Shown piece by piece: positions 24,075 through 34,528 of a stretch of DNA of 64,000 nucleotides (positions are counted from its first letter, which is position 1; each line of letters starts with the position of its first letter). The DNA is from an uncultured delta proteobacterium (GTDB taxonomy: Bacteria; Desulfobacterota; Binatia; UBA9968), in assembly GCA_963847445.1 (NCBI GenBank), contig CAWJZV010000024.1, forward strand, positions 128,001 through 192,000, read 5' to 3'. A program made the position numbers and the translations under genes. Under the pieces are notes generated by a model. That model was not told the DNA's origin. It saw only the letters and a program-made list of their open reading frames with translations, and did not search any database.

Positions 24075-24148
24075 TTCACCACGAAGGACACGACGGGTTG
24101 GGATAACCAAGTCTCCGAACTTCGCGCCCTTCGTGCCTTCGTGGTGAA
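24075..24148. repeat. Empty form of TTCACCACGAAG inverted-repeat element
   Basis: TTCACCACGAAGGACACGAC...CTTCGTGCCTTCGTGGTGAA; degenerate copy at 23361-23432. Confidence 0.8.
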
Positions 24149-24201
24149 CAAACTCAACGTAACGAAGCCAGGCCACCCACAAAGAACCTAGAAAGGTAAA
24201 T

Positions 24202-24741
24202 ATGAGCAAACTACCCAACGCGACACGCGACGGACTTTCGCCAGAGCAGCTGAAAATTTGGGACCATGTCTTCGAGGGGCGCACCGGCGGCGGCGGTCCA
24301 TACTCGATGCTGATGCACTCGCCAGAGATGGCACAGCACTTCGCCGCCACCGAAGACTACTTTCGCAACCATTCGCTTCTGCCCGATGCCGACCGCGAGA
24401 TCATCATCCTCACCGCCGCCCGCGAAGTAAGCGCCCACTACGCCTGGACGCGCCACGAAATCCGCGCTCACAAAGTCGGCATCATGCCGGAAACGATCGA
24501 AGCGCTACGCGCCCATGCCGACGCCGACAAGTTCACCGGCAAAGAAAGACTGCTGGTGGAATTTACCCGCACGTTGATGAACCAACATGAGCTTCCCGAC
24601 GAACTGTTCGAACGGATGGAGAAGGAATTCGGCAAAGCAAAATTTATCGAAGCCGTCGGCCTGCTCGGCCACTACATCACCATCGGCACAGTGATAAGAA
24701 TGTTCGACGTAAAACCGCCGGCGGGAAGTAAGACCTTCTAA
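24202..24741 (+). CDS. Carboxymuconolactone decarboxylase-like protein (tandem paralog)
   Basis: Same 179 aa length and shared RTGGGGPYSML, AATEDYFR, DADREI motifs with 23500-24039. Confidence 0.82.
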   Translation: MSKLPNATRDGLSPEQLKIWDHVFEGRTGGGGPYSMLMHSPEMAQHFAATEDYFRNHSLLPDADREIIILTAAREVSAHYAWTRHEIRAHKVGIMPETIEALRAHADADKFTGKERLLVEFTRTLMNQHELPDELFERMEKEFGKAKFIEAVGLLGHYITIGTVIRMFDVKPPAGSKTF

Positions 24742-24762
24742 GAACGCCGCAGAAACAACTCA

Positions 24763-24871
24763 GTCATACCGGCGAAGGCCGGTATCCAGACCCTTCTTCC
24801 GCGTGGATACCGTTCTTCAACGGTATGACCGACGCTGTCCGTCACCTGATTCCCGCGTGCGCGGGAATGAC
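24763..24871. repeat. Three-REP (BIME-like) unit
   Basis: GTCATACCGGCGAAGGCCGGTATCCAG, TGGATACCGTT..AACGGTATGAC, ATTCCCGCGTGCGCGGGAATGAC; reverse homolog at 40590-40723. Confidence 0.8.
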
Positions 24872-24883
24872 GAATTTACGTCT

Positions 24884-25873
24884 TCATTTCGCTGGATATC
24901 TCTTACTCAATTCAACAAAGAACCCTTCTTTATCCAATTCGTTCAACACACCGGCATCGTAAAACTGCTCGGGCTTGGCGGTTTTTGCCTGGGGCATCTG
25001 CGGCGCCAGCATGTCGAGGATGAATTGAATTCCTTTCGGCGTGAACGTCGGCTTTCTTGGAATCGTCTTCACATAATTTTGGTAGGAACTCTCCAGCACC
25101 TCGGTGTCGTTGCTGCGCATGTATTTGGCGAATACTTTTTGCGACTCCAGCTTGCGCGCGTAGATGAAATGGATCGACTCCAAGTAGCCCTTCATGACGT
25201 TCTTGACGACATCGCGGCTCCCTTTCAAATACGCTCGCGAAGTCGCCAGGCCGTTACCCTGCACTTCAACGCCGAGATCGGCAATCTGCAGCAAATCGAC
25301 GAAGCCCATCTTGCGCGCGATCGGCGCCGTCGACAGGTTGAAAAAAGACGCGTCCACCGTCCCCGCGCTCATCGCCCCCATGCGCTCGGCATCGGGACCG
25401 CCTGGCACCAGGATCAAGTCCTTGTTTATTTCCAGATTGAGATGTTTAGCGAGAATTTGCGCTGCGTAATGGGTAATCGAGCCAAAGCCGCTGATGGCCA
25501 GCTTCTTACCTTTGAGTTGTTCCAGACTGGTTATGCCGGGCCGGACGAAGACCAACTGATAAAATTTATTCTCCATGCTGGCAACCAAGACCAGATTGTA
25601 ACCGGTCAGATTGGCTTGGATCACAGTACCGACGTTGACCATCGGCGGCTCCCCCGCCGCCAACGCTTGCGTCGCCACCTGCCCACCGCGCAAAAATACC
25701 GGATCGACCTCGACACCATACTTGCGAAATAACCCCTGCTCTTTACCAACCCAGATATGGCTCTGGGTAAACGCCAGGGACGGATAGCCCATGGTGATAC
25801 GTTTCATATCTTGGGCGTCGACGCTCGCGACGGCGGCAATCAATAGAATGAAAAATGCTACTCGTAGCATCAT
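24884..25873 (-). CDS. ABC substrate-binding protein, NMT1/SsuA type
   Basis: Signal peptide; EQGLFRKYGVEV, LKGKKLAISGFGS; AGGAGG RBS. Confidence 0.87.
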   Translation of the reverse strand: MMLRVAFFILLIAAVASVDAQDMKRITMGYPSLAFTQSHIWVGKEQGLFRKYGVEVDPVFLRGGQVATQALAAGEPPMVNVGTVIQANLTGYNLVLVASMENKFYQLVFVRPGITSLEQLKGKKLAISGFGSITHYAAQILAKHLNLEINKDLILVPGGPDAERMGAMSAGTVDASFFNLSTAPIARKMGFVDLLQIADLGVEVQGNGLATSRAYLKGSRDVVKNVMKGYLESIHFIYARKLESQKVFAKYMRSNDTEVLESSYQNYVKTIPRKPTFTPKGIQFILDMLAPQMPQAKTAKPEQFYDAGVLNELDKEGFFVELSKRYPAK

Positions 25874-25940
25874 GCCTCCTGACAACCTGAACCACTCGCG
25901 GCCAACGCCGGCGGCGGAGACTGAGCCAATCGCGAATTCC

Positions 25941-26019
25941 GTCATACCGGCGTAGGCCGGTATCCAGATTCGGTTTCCGAACCCCGCCGCGCCTGGATGC
26001 CGGCCTGCGCCGGCATGAC
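25941..26019. repeat. Inverted REP pair
   Basis: GTCATACCGGCGTAGGCCGGTATCCAG...CTGGATGCCGGCCTGCGCCGGCATGAC. Confidence 0.8.
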
Positions 26020-26038
26020 AAACCTTGGCCGCAACTGA

Positions 26039-27241
26039 TCAGTCAGAACTAACCGATCGCCACCAGCCCCGGCTCGCGCTCGAACAACGACTCGCAGCCG
26101 TTGCAGTGACAATCACCGGCCCGCCTAAAGTAAACGACATCCTACCATCGGCGGATCGCGCCATCGGCTTCCAGACAAAGGCGTTGTTCTTCTTCCATCG
26201 CCAAATCGCGGGCACGGTCACTTTTCGTTCGAAGCGTGAACAGCGGCCCGTCGTCGCCATAGCCGCAGCCATGCATTTGCAGAATCGTTCGCATGCCGCT
26301 TTTCGAGCCGAAGCCGTTGACGAAATCTTCCAGCGCGCCGAAGGTCAGCCGCGGTTTAATCATCTGCAAGCCGATTTCGTAAACTTCGCGCTGCAATGCG
26401 ACCACTGCTTTCCAAGCCTCGGGAATCTTGCCGAGCAACACCGGCTGGCACACCTGGGTCAATTGCGCGCCCATGATCGCGTTGATCTCGCTGGTAATCA
26501 GCGCGCCGGCTTCGAGCCTGCGGCCGATGGGCGGGTTGGTGTAGCGCTGCGGCTTCGCCGTGTCGATCGCGTCGATCGTCAGCGTCATCGGAAAGTATTC
26601 GCTGCGCAGCGCCAAGCATCTTGGCCAACACGTCCGAATAAAAGACTCCCGGCATCGACACCCGGACGGGCGAGCCTGATCAGTTCATCCAGACCTGCCG
26701 CCGCCACCTCGGCGGAACGGCGGACAAATTGAATTTCCTCCGCGCTTTTCACATAGCGCACCAGACCGATCACATCCGTGGCGTCTTCGAAACGAGCGTT
26801 GGGCACTTTGCTCATGGCAGTTTCGAGGGCGGTGTGATTGACCACGCCGTCTATAGAATCGCAGTGGGTAACTCTGCCGCCTTTCAAGCCGGCCACGCCG
26901 ATGCGCGCCCGCTCGAAACCCAGGTCGCGCAGCGCTTCGCCCATCGGCTCCGCCCACTCGCGGCCGGTCTGCCAAGGATCGGGCACCCATTCATTGTTCG
27001 ATCGGCGGTCGGCGACGACGATCGGCGCCCGTCCGTCGGTCGGCAGGACCATCGCCGAGCAGCGCAGTTGCGTCATGTAGCGCGCATCGATGCCGTCGCC
27101 GAGAGGTACGAGAATGCAGTCGAAGCCAGCTTGCGCCGCGTTGGCGCGCACCGCATTCCAGCGCCGGTCGCGCTCCGCCAGCGAATAACCATTCCAAACG
27201 AAAACCGTCGCGCCGGATCCCGGCGGCGTAGTCCACGGCAT
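26039..27241 (-). CDS. M24/creatinase-like protein (several frameshifts)
   Basis: YSLAERDRRW, RYVKSAEEI, MHGCGYGDDGP; paralog of 27311-28525. Confidence 0.75.
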
Positions 27242-27310
27242 AAAAGCTTCCCTTCGGTTCGCCGTTTCGAGTTCTGAGTTAAACCCGAAACTCGAAACCC
27301 AAAACGCATT

Positions 27311-28525
27311 TTAAGTAATCGAGACCATCCCCGGCGTGCGCTGAACCAGCGGCTCCCCACCCTTATCCGTCACCAGCACGCACCCGCCCCAGCTAGTGTC
27401 GAAGGTGCCGTCGGCGCTATGGGCGATCGGTTTTAGAATAAACACGTTGCCCGCCTCGAGCCCGACCTCTCGATTGCGCATGCCGCGGTTTTGCGGCGTG
27501 AACAACGGACCGTCGTCGCCGTAGCCGCGTCCATGCATGAGCAGCTGGCTTTTCATGCCGCGCTTCTCGCCAAAAGTATTAATCAGATCCATGAATTCGG
27601 CGAAGGGGCGCCCCGGCGTGAGATATTCCAGGCCGGCGTAATACATTTCCTTTTGCAGCTCGATGGCCGGCTTCCACGACTCGGGGATGGCACCTAAGAG
27701 AATCGGCTGTTGCTCCTGGGCGATCAGGCCGCCGAACACCGCATCGACTTCGTTGGCAATTTTGTACATCGGCTTAAGCGTGCGCCCTTCCATCGGATCT
27801 TCAAAGCGCGGCAAGCGCCCGCCGCCGTTGGCGCCGCTGTAAAAAGCCATCGGATAGTATTCACTGCCGAGAGAGATCATCCGGTGCATCACCTGCGTGT
27901 ATAGATAACCTTCGTCGACTCCCGGCCGCGCCAACTCGATCATCTTATCGATGCCCGCAGCGGCGATCGCCGCGCCGCGCCGCAGGCAAGCGATCTGTTC
28001 GGCGCTCTTGACGTAACGCGCGTAACCGATCGCCTCAGTGCCGTTTTCAAAACTCGCGTTGGGCAAACGCTTGATCACTTCGGCGTAGGAGTTGTGATTG
28101 ACCACGCCGTGGAACGCGCGCCCATGGGTGTAAAACCCCCGATGGGTGCCGGAGACGCCGATGCGCGCGCGCTCCATGCCGGCGTCGATCAGCGCCTGCG
28201 CCATCGTTTGGCCCCAGGAAACTTGCACCGGGAGAAACTCGGGAATCCACGCGTTGCCGTCTTCCTGGTCGGAAATCACGATTGGCTTGCGGCCATCGGT
28301 GGGCAGAATTACCGCCGCGTTATCGAGCGTAGTCAGAAACCGGCAGTCCGAGCGCGTGCCGCGATGTTGCTCCAAGGACAAATGCAGATTGCGCCCGTCC
28401 ACACATAGCGGTACGAATACACAGTCAAACCCCGCCTTCGCCGCGTTATCGCGCACCCGCTGCCAACGCCAGTCGCGCTCCGCCAAAGAATAGCCGGTCC
28501 ATTTGATATCTGCTGGGGCTTCCAT
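27311..28525 (-). CDS. M24/creatinase-like (Xaa-Pro peptidase fold) protein
   Basis: YSLAERDWRW, RYVKSAEQI, MHGRGYGDDGP, LEAGNVFILKP, GGCVLVT. Confidence 0.82.
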   Translation of the reverse strand: MEAPADIKWTGYSLAERDWRWQRVRDNAAKAGFDCVFVPLCVDGRNLHLSLEQHRGTRSDCRFLTTLDNAAVILPTDGRKPIVISDQEDGNAWIPEFLPVQVSWGQTMAQALIDAGMERARIGVSGTHRGFYTHGRAFHGVVNHNSYAEVIKRLPNASFENGTEAIGYARYVKSAEQIACLRRGAAIAAAGIDKMIELARPGVDEGYLYTQVMHRMISLGSEYYPMAFYSGANGGGRLPRFEDPMEGRTLKPMYKIANEVDAVFGGLIAQEQQPILLGAIPESWKPAIELQKEMYYAGLEYLTPGRPFAEFMDLINTFGEKRGMKSQLLMHGRGYGDDGPLFTPQNRGMRNREVGLEAGNVFILKPIAHSADGTFDTSWGGCVLVTDKGGEPLVQRTPGMVSIT

Positions 28526-28617
28526 TTACCTGACCCTCACATCTGTTCGCTCGCCGCGTGATCACCGAAACGGACGATTTGAACTGTTTGAACTTTTGAA
28601 CAGATTTTTTCAATGAC

Positions 28618-29592
28618 TCACCGGCGCTGCAACACTTCCGGATTGGCGACGTGAATCGGCTTGCCGGCGAGATACGCCATGATTTGTTCCACCGCCAAGC
28701 CATAGTGAATCTCATAGGTCTCGGCGGTAACGAAGCCCAGATGCGGCGTGCAGATCGCGTTGTCGAGCTTGAGCAGTGGATGATCGGCAGCGAAGATCGG
28801 TTCGTCTTCGTAGACATCGACGGCGGCGAAACCCGGTCGCCCCATTTTTAGGGCATCGACCAGAGCGCCATCTTCGATCAGCTTTGCCCGGCTAGTGTTG
28901 ACCAGCAGCGCCGTCGGCTTCATGCGCGCCAAATCGAACCGAGTGATAATCCCGCGAGTCTCGCGCACCATCGGCAGGTGCAGCGTCAAAATATCCGACT
29001 CGGCAAAAAATTCTTCGCGGCTCGCAGCCACTTCGTAACCCGCAAGCCGCGCCTGCGCCAACGAAGCGCCGCGCCCCCAGCAAAGCACCCGCGCGCCAAA
29101 GGCCTTACCGATATTCGCGACGATGGAACCGATACCGCCGAGGGCATAGACCCCTAACGTCTTGCCGAAGATATCGACACCCACGGTGGACTGCCAGCGT
29201 CCCTGGCGCAGCCCGTGAACTTCTTCGGGTACATGGCGCAGCGCCGCCAGTATCAGCGCCCAGGTTAGCTCGGCGGTGGAATGAGGCCGGCCCTTGCCGC
29301 CGGCGCACACCATCACGCCGCGCTCGGTGCATGATTTGAGATCGATATGGGCGGTCACGCGCCCCGTCTGGCTGATTAGCCGTAAGTTGGGTAACGCCTC
29401 AAGCAACGGACGGCGTATCCATGACCGCTGCTGCGTCAAGACAACGCACTCGGCATCGTGCAGCCGTCCGGCAAGCTGCGCCGGATCCTTCAGCGTATCG
29501 GTGTAAATCTCGACCTCATGGCCGGCAAGCTGGGCGAAGCAGGACATCCGACGGAAGGCATCCTGGTAATCGTCGATAACGGTGATTTTCAT
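28618..29592 (-). CDS. D-2-hydroxyacid dehydrogenase family protein
   Basis: STAELTWALIL, LGGIG, MKPTALLVNTSR, DVYEDEP, TPHLGF. Confidence 0.93.
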   Translation of the reverse strand: MKITVIDDYQDAFRRMSCFAQLAGHEVEIYTDTLKDPAQLAGRLHDAECVVLTQQRSWIRRPLLEALPNLRLISQTGRVTAHIDLKSCTERGVMVCAGGKGRPHSTAELTWALILAALRHVPEEVHGLRQGRWQSTVGVDIFGKTLGVYALGGIGSIVANIGKAFGARVLCWGRGASLAQARLAGYEVAASREEFFAESDILTLHLPMVRETRGIITRFDLARMKPTALLVNTSRAKLIEDGALVDALKMGRPGFAAVDVYEDEPIFAADHPLLKLDNAICTPHLGFVTAETYEIHYGLAVEQIMAYLAGKPIHVANPEVLQRR

Positions 29593-29717
29593 TGGCTAGA
29601 TATGGGTTGATTGGTTACAACGCAGAGAAATCCAATGCGCCATGATTACGATACGAACAAGGCTGAATTGTTTCCGAGTTGGGTAAATCTTAGACCGGGA
29701 CAACCACTCCGCCCCCC

Positions 29718-29740
29718 GGGCGTATGCCATACGCCCCTAC
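29718..29740 (-). repeat. GTAG-type REP palindrome
   Basis: GGGCGTATGCCATACGCCC-CTAC; identical copy 37220-37242; relatives at 35967-35992, 37349-37373, 53386-53409. Confidence 0.8.
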
Positions 29741-29850
29741 ATTCGGATGGCCGCTGGGAATTTACTTTGTGCCTTTTGCGTTCTTTGCGGCCATTCATCC
29801 GAATCCGATTTTTTGTGACCTTTGTGTTCTTTGCGGCCAAATATCCTAAC

Positions 29851-30321
29851 TCACTCATCCTCGCCGAGCATCGTGCCGCGGCAGCGCTTGGCGCCGCACA
29901 GACAGGCATGATCGCGCTTGGCTTTCTTGGTGTGTTTCTCGCCGATCTGCAGGTTGTAATCGTAGGCGAGCTCTTCGCCGGCACGAATATCGCGGCGCGC
30001 TTCGATAAACACCCGATGATTTTCTTCCTCGATCTCGCAGTTAGGCGCGCAGGAGTGATTGATCCAGCGCGCCGAATTTCCCCCGCGGGTGGCGTCGATC
30101 ACCAACTCATCGTCGACGGAGAACAGCATCGTGTGCGACGAGTTTTCTTGGAGCCGGCCGAAACGCCGGTCCGCCTCTTTGTCGGTGATCAGCTTGCCTT
30201 TGTACTCGATGATTCGCGTGCCCTTGGCAATCGGCCGCAGCGCGAACACGCCGCGGCCATGGATCGGTGAGTTGCGCACGACGATCCGCCGGAGAACTTT
30301 TTTGGCTTTAGTCTTTTTCAT
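29851..30321 (-). CDS. SET domain protein-lysine methyltransferase
   Basis: SPIHGRGVFA, RWINHSCAPN, GEELAYDY, post-SET CLCGAKRCRG. Confidence 0.95.
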   Translation of the reverse strand: MKKTKAKKVLRRIVVRNSPIHGRGVFALRPIAKGTRIIEYKGKLITDKEADRRFGRLQENSSHTMLFSVDDELVIDATRGGNSARWINHSCAPNCEIEEENHRVFIEARRDIRAGEELAYDYNLQIGEKHTKKAKRDHACLCGAKRCRGTMLGEDE

Positions 30322-30351
30322 ATTTTTAGAATATTGAGGAGGCGCGAACGC

Positions 30352-31783
30352 TCAGTCCTTGTCCATCGATTTGACGAATTGCATCATCCGCTCGGCCGGC
30401 GCCGGGTCCTGATACTGACCGTAGAGCCGTTGGCGCATGCGGTCGACTTCGCCGCTCTGCAAGCGCTCGTAGAGCTGGCTGCGCTTGCCGAACGGCGTCA
30501 TCACCATGTCCGCCGCCACCGCCATCAGGCGCAGGTGCTCTTTGGTATCCGGCGCGCCGCCGCGGAAGTAGCGCTCGACAAACGGCCCGAGGTCGGCGCT
30601 TTTCAAATCCGACGCGCCGCCGCTCAACATCAGCGTGCTGGTTAGCAATCCCTCCATGGTCCGCTCGGCGCGGTCCGACGCTTCGATGCTATGCACCCGA
30701 TAGGCCGCGCTCAACAGCGGCGCCCAGGTGCCGCCGCCGGCGCGGTAGCCTTTCGACTCGCCCACTTGAATGCACGAGCGCAGGATCTCGATATCCTGTA
30801 TCAAGCTCGACAGCAGGATCTGCGACGGCGCGCTGGTGTTGCGCTTGGCATACTGCGTCAAGATCTGCGCCACGCCGAGAAATGCCTCGAGCTTGACCAC
30901 CAGCCGCAGCATCGTCGAGTACTGCCCCCAGGTGTGAATGTACATGATTCCTGAAAGCAGCTGCGGATCTTTGTAGACGAACATGCGCTCCCACGGCACG
31001 ACGACATCGTCGAAGATCAGCGCGGCATCGACTTCGTCGAAGCGCGTGGTCAGCGGCTGGCGCTCGGGATCGGCATGTTCGGCGTAAAGATCGCGGCAGA
31101 GAATTTTTAAGCCCTTGGTGTTCATCGGGATCGCGAAGGCGATGGCGTAATCATACTCGTCCGGTTCCCGCGGCCGGTTCGGATAGACGATCACCTCGTC
31201 GGCGATCGGCGCCAAGGTCGCCAACGTGCGCAAGCCGCGCACCACCGGACCTTCCTTGGTCTCGCCGACGACCCGCAGAGATCAAATCGGGATCGGCCTG
31301 TTTACCCACCGGCTTGGTGCGGTCGTAGTACTGATCGGTCAAGGCGTGAGTGAGGCAGAGGTCGTTGCGGCTGACATAGCGATGATAGGCGCGGGCGTTG
31401 TCGGCCCATTGCTTGTTGGTCTTTTCGATATGATGGGACCAGTCGAGCAGGCCAACCACCAGCTCGGCGACAAACTCCGGGTAGCGCCCCATCTGGCCAA
31501 AGGTCTGCTTCGCCCAGAATTCGATATTGCGCCGCTTGAGCAAAAGCTCGTCGTGATTCTTCGGCGGCAGGTAGCTGTAGGAGATCCGCTCGCCTTCGTA
31601 CTCGCAGGTCATGACATCGCGATGCTCCGGCGCATGCTGCTTGTCGTACAGATCGGCCAGGGTCTTGATCGTGCCGCTGAAGCCGGAATGCGCCGTCACG
31701 TCGGCGATGCGCTTACCCGCGTGCCACACCTCGCGGCCGTCGCGCAGCGCCTTGATATAATCCGCCCCTCGTCTAATGGGCAT
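30352..31783 (-). CDS. 4-hydroxyphenylacetate 3-hydroxylase (HpaB) family oxygenase (frameshift near 31280)
   Basis: GADYIKALRDGREVW, GQMGRYPE, FAIPMNTKGLKILCR, RFDEVDA. Confidence 0.87.
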
Positions 31784-31980
31784 GAGAAAAAACCTCCAGA
31801 GCCGATATTACTGCTGTTTAAAGCATCAAACTTTATAGCGTTAATCCGACACCGCAAGCAACCGCCTGACACTTGTTGATGAATTCTAAAACCGTTAACA
31901 GCGCTCAGGTTGACAGCCGGCGCGCCAGCAAGTTAAGACCGCGCTAGCACCCGGCTGATCCGACGAATGGGGAGAACGCC

Positions 31981-32970
31981 ATGATCATCAAAGTGCTGAT
32001 TGCTCTGAACCTGTTGTTGTTCGCTTCGAGCAACGGATACACCGGACAAGCGTCGAGCGCGCCGCTTTCCATGCGCTTCCTTTACCCGAGCCTGAGCGGC
32101 ACCTTCGCCGCGGCTTGGATCGCCAAGGAAGCGGGATACTTTGCCGCGGAAAATCTCGACGTCGAACTGATTCGCGTCGGCGGCAGCACGCGCATCGTCG
32201 CCTCCATGGTCGGCGGCAGCGCGCCGATCATCCACGCCGGCGCCTCCGCCAGCATGGCCGCCACCGTCGCCGGCAGCGATTCGGTGATCATCGGGTGCAT
32301 GAGCACCAAGTCGCCGTTTCATCTGATCGCCCGTCCGGAGATCAAGCAGCCCAGCGATCTAAAAGGCAAGCGCGCCGGCATCAGCGCTTTCGGCGCGACT
32401 TCTGATTTTCTCGTGCGGCTGGCGTTGCGCAGGTTCGGCTTGGAACCGGGCAAGGACGTGGCGATCTTGCCCACCGGCGGCGAGTCGGAAGCCTTCGCCG
32501 CATTGCAGGCGGGCAGCGTGCAGGTCGCCGCCTTGGCCTATCCCGCCTACATCCACGCAATGAAGATGGACATGAAAGAGTTGGTCAACTTTTCCGAGCT
32601 CGGTTTCGAAGCGGTAAACGCCGCCCTGGTCAGTACCCGCTCCTATCTGGCCAACAATCGCGATCAATCCACCCGCTTCGTCCGCGCCCTCATCCGCGGC
32701 ATGCACCGTTACGCCAGCGATAAAGAGTTTAGCAAGAAAGTCTTGAGCAAGTACTTTCGCACCAGCGATAATGAAATACTCGAAGCGAGCTGGAAGGATG
32801 TCGCGCCCCATCTGCTAAGAGTCCCGCGCCCATCGGCGAAAGCGATCCAGTTCATCATCGACGGCCAGTTCAAAGACAAAAACCCGCCGCTCAAACCGGA
32901 AATGTTCGTCGACACCTCGATCATCGATCAGCTCGAACGCAGTGGTTTTATCGATTCGGTGTACCGGTGA
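31981..32970 (+). CDS. ABC substrate-binding protein, NMT1/SsuA type
   Basis: WIAKEAGYF, DLKGKRAGISAFGATS, FVDTSIIDQLERSGFI. Confidence 0.87.
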   Translation: MIIKVLIALNLLLFASSNGYTGQASSAPLSMRFLYPSLSGTFAAAWIAKEAGYFAAENLDVELIRVGGSTRIVASMVGGSAPIIHAGASASMAATVAGSDSVIIGCMSTKSPFHLIARPEIKQPSDLKGKRAGISAFGATSDFLVRLALRRFGLEPGKDVAILPTGGESEAFAALQAGSVQVAALAYPAYIHAMKMDMKELVNFSELGFEAVNAALVSTRSYLANNRDQSTRFVRALIRGMHRYASDKEFSKKVLSKYFRTSDNEILEASWKDVAPHLLRVPRPSAKAIQFIIDGQFKDKNPPLKPEMFVDTSIIDQLERSGFIDSVYR

Positions 32971-33051
32971 TGATTTGCCGCGTTAACTTCGCAATAGATG
33001 GAAGGTGGTCGGGCAAGTTTTCGCGCCGAAGATGAGAAATGATTCGGGTGG

Positions 33052-33128
33052 TTCATCGCAGAGACGCCGAGGACGCCGAGGGGGAGAGGAAAATAAATTC
33101 TCTGCGAACTTCGCGCCTCTGCGGTGAA
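33052..33128. repeat. TTCA(C/T)CGCAGAG-family inverted repeat
   Basis: TTCATCGCAGAGACGCCGAGGACGCCGAG...CTCTGCGAACTTCGCGCCTCTGCGGTGAA. Confidence 0.75.
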
Positions 33129-33153
33129 TCTTTTCTTTCTCTAGTAATTGGAT

Positions 33154-33588
33154 CTAATTCTTCTTCCCCGGCTCGGCCTGATAGCCCTGTTCCTTCCATT
33201 GATTAACCGGGCAAAACGTCGTGCTCTGGAAACCCATCTCTTCGGCTAGCTTCGCAGCCTGCGAGCTTTGACGTCCACTGCCTCAGGTGAAGATGATGTA
33301 CGTTTCCTTGGCCAGTTTCTTTAGATGGCCTTCGAGTATTTCGAGTGGAATATTGATCGCCCCGGGAATGGTTTCTTTCTGGAATTGTTCCGGGCCGCGC
33401 ACGTCGATGATCAATATTTTGCCGGCATCGAGTTCTTTCTTGAGCTCGTCGGCCAGTTTTGACTTGGCGCCCACCGCCCAGTTGGTCTTGGGATCCACCG
33501 GATAGCGCGGTTGCGCCTGGGCCGCGAACGAAAATGTTGTCCACAGGATGACCGCAAGCAAGCCAACAACAGCTACTTGTGGCTTCAT
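33154..33588 (-). CDS. Secreted rhodanese-like selenoprotein (UGA at 33283-33285 read as Sec)
   Basis: Signal peptide, IIDVR..F..ETIPGAINIP; IIFT-U-GSGRQSSQAAKLAEEMGF..WKEQGY continues in frame to TAG 33154; SECIS-like hairpin downstream of UGA. Confidence 0.85.
33248..33267 (-). promoter_or_regulatory. Bacterial SECIS-like element
   Basis: AGCU-CGCA-GGC-UGCG-A-AGCU, loop 23 nt after UGA. Confidence 0.7.
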
Positions 33589-33623
33589 ATCCGCTCCTAT
33601 TTGCGTCCTGCGAACTTATTTGT

Positions 33624-34146
33624 TCAACCCCGATCCGACAATTCGAACGCCAGCGTCGCGTAACGCATGAAAACACCGCCGCGCGGTTCCGCCAGCGGAC
33701 CGTTGGCGACCAGGCATGCGATCACATGCTTGGCGCCGGGCTGCGCTTTGGCGCTCACCTCGACGCGCTGCGACGCGTTGATGCCGACGATGGTTCCGGC
33801 CGGCCGCTCGATCTTGCCGTCGATCCAAATCTCGCCGTAGTTATCGACGTTGGTTTCGAAGAATACCCGGTAATCGCGCAACGCCACGCCGTTCAGTTGC
33901 TCGGGCAGCATCGACGGCGATGCGATACCAAGCAAACGTGAAACCCTTGGAGATACTGCTGCGAATATTGGTGCAAACTTCCCAGCCTGAATCATCGAAG
34001 TCCGCCAGCCGCGGTGGCGCGGCCAATAGCTGCGCCGTAAGCCCTTCATTCGGCTGGCCCGGCACCAGCCCGGGGCCAATGCGCCACTGGCCTTTGACCT
34101 TTCGACAATCCTCCGCACTATTCAAATCCAAAGCTATCCTCGGCAT
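33624..34146 (-). CDS. Hypothetical protein, galactose-binding/GH2 sugar-binding-like (frameshift near 33915)
   Basis: DFDDSGW, FAWYR, VFFETNVDNYGEIWIDG across two frames; AGGAGG RBS. Confidence 0.6.
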
Positions 34147-34192
34147 GCTTACCTCCTAAAAATGAATCGTTACAGCAAATCAAAATTCTCTT

Positions 34193-34488
34193 TTCACCAC
34201 GAAGTTCCTAGCGCGGCAAGCCGCAACCGAAACTCGGAATATCTCTCGCAAAGACGCAAAGGCCGCAAAGGCCGGAAAATAACGGTGAATAAATGCTTCA
34301 AGATAATTCATCTCTCCCTCCGAACTTGGCGAGCTTTGCGTCTTTGCGAGAGTCAATCCCATGTTCCGACCGGCACCGGAAAATTTGCGCAGACGGAGAC
34401 AACTATTCAACATAGTAGTACGAAGGACACGAAGGTTTCGGAAAATTGACACTCCGAACTTCGTGCTCTTCGTGTCCTTCGTGGTGAA
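34193..34488 (+). mobile_element. Nested non-autonomous intergenic element, copy 2
   Basis: Same outer arms and inner ends as copy 1; internal CTCGCAAAGACGCAAAG...CTTTGCGTCTTTGCGAG inverted repeat. Confidence 0.72.
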
Positions 34489-34528
34489 TACTATCCTTGC
34501 GTCTTTGCTCGCGGCATCGCCGCGCGCG

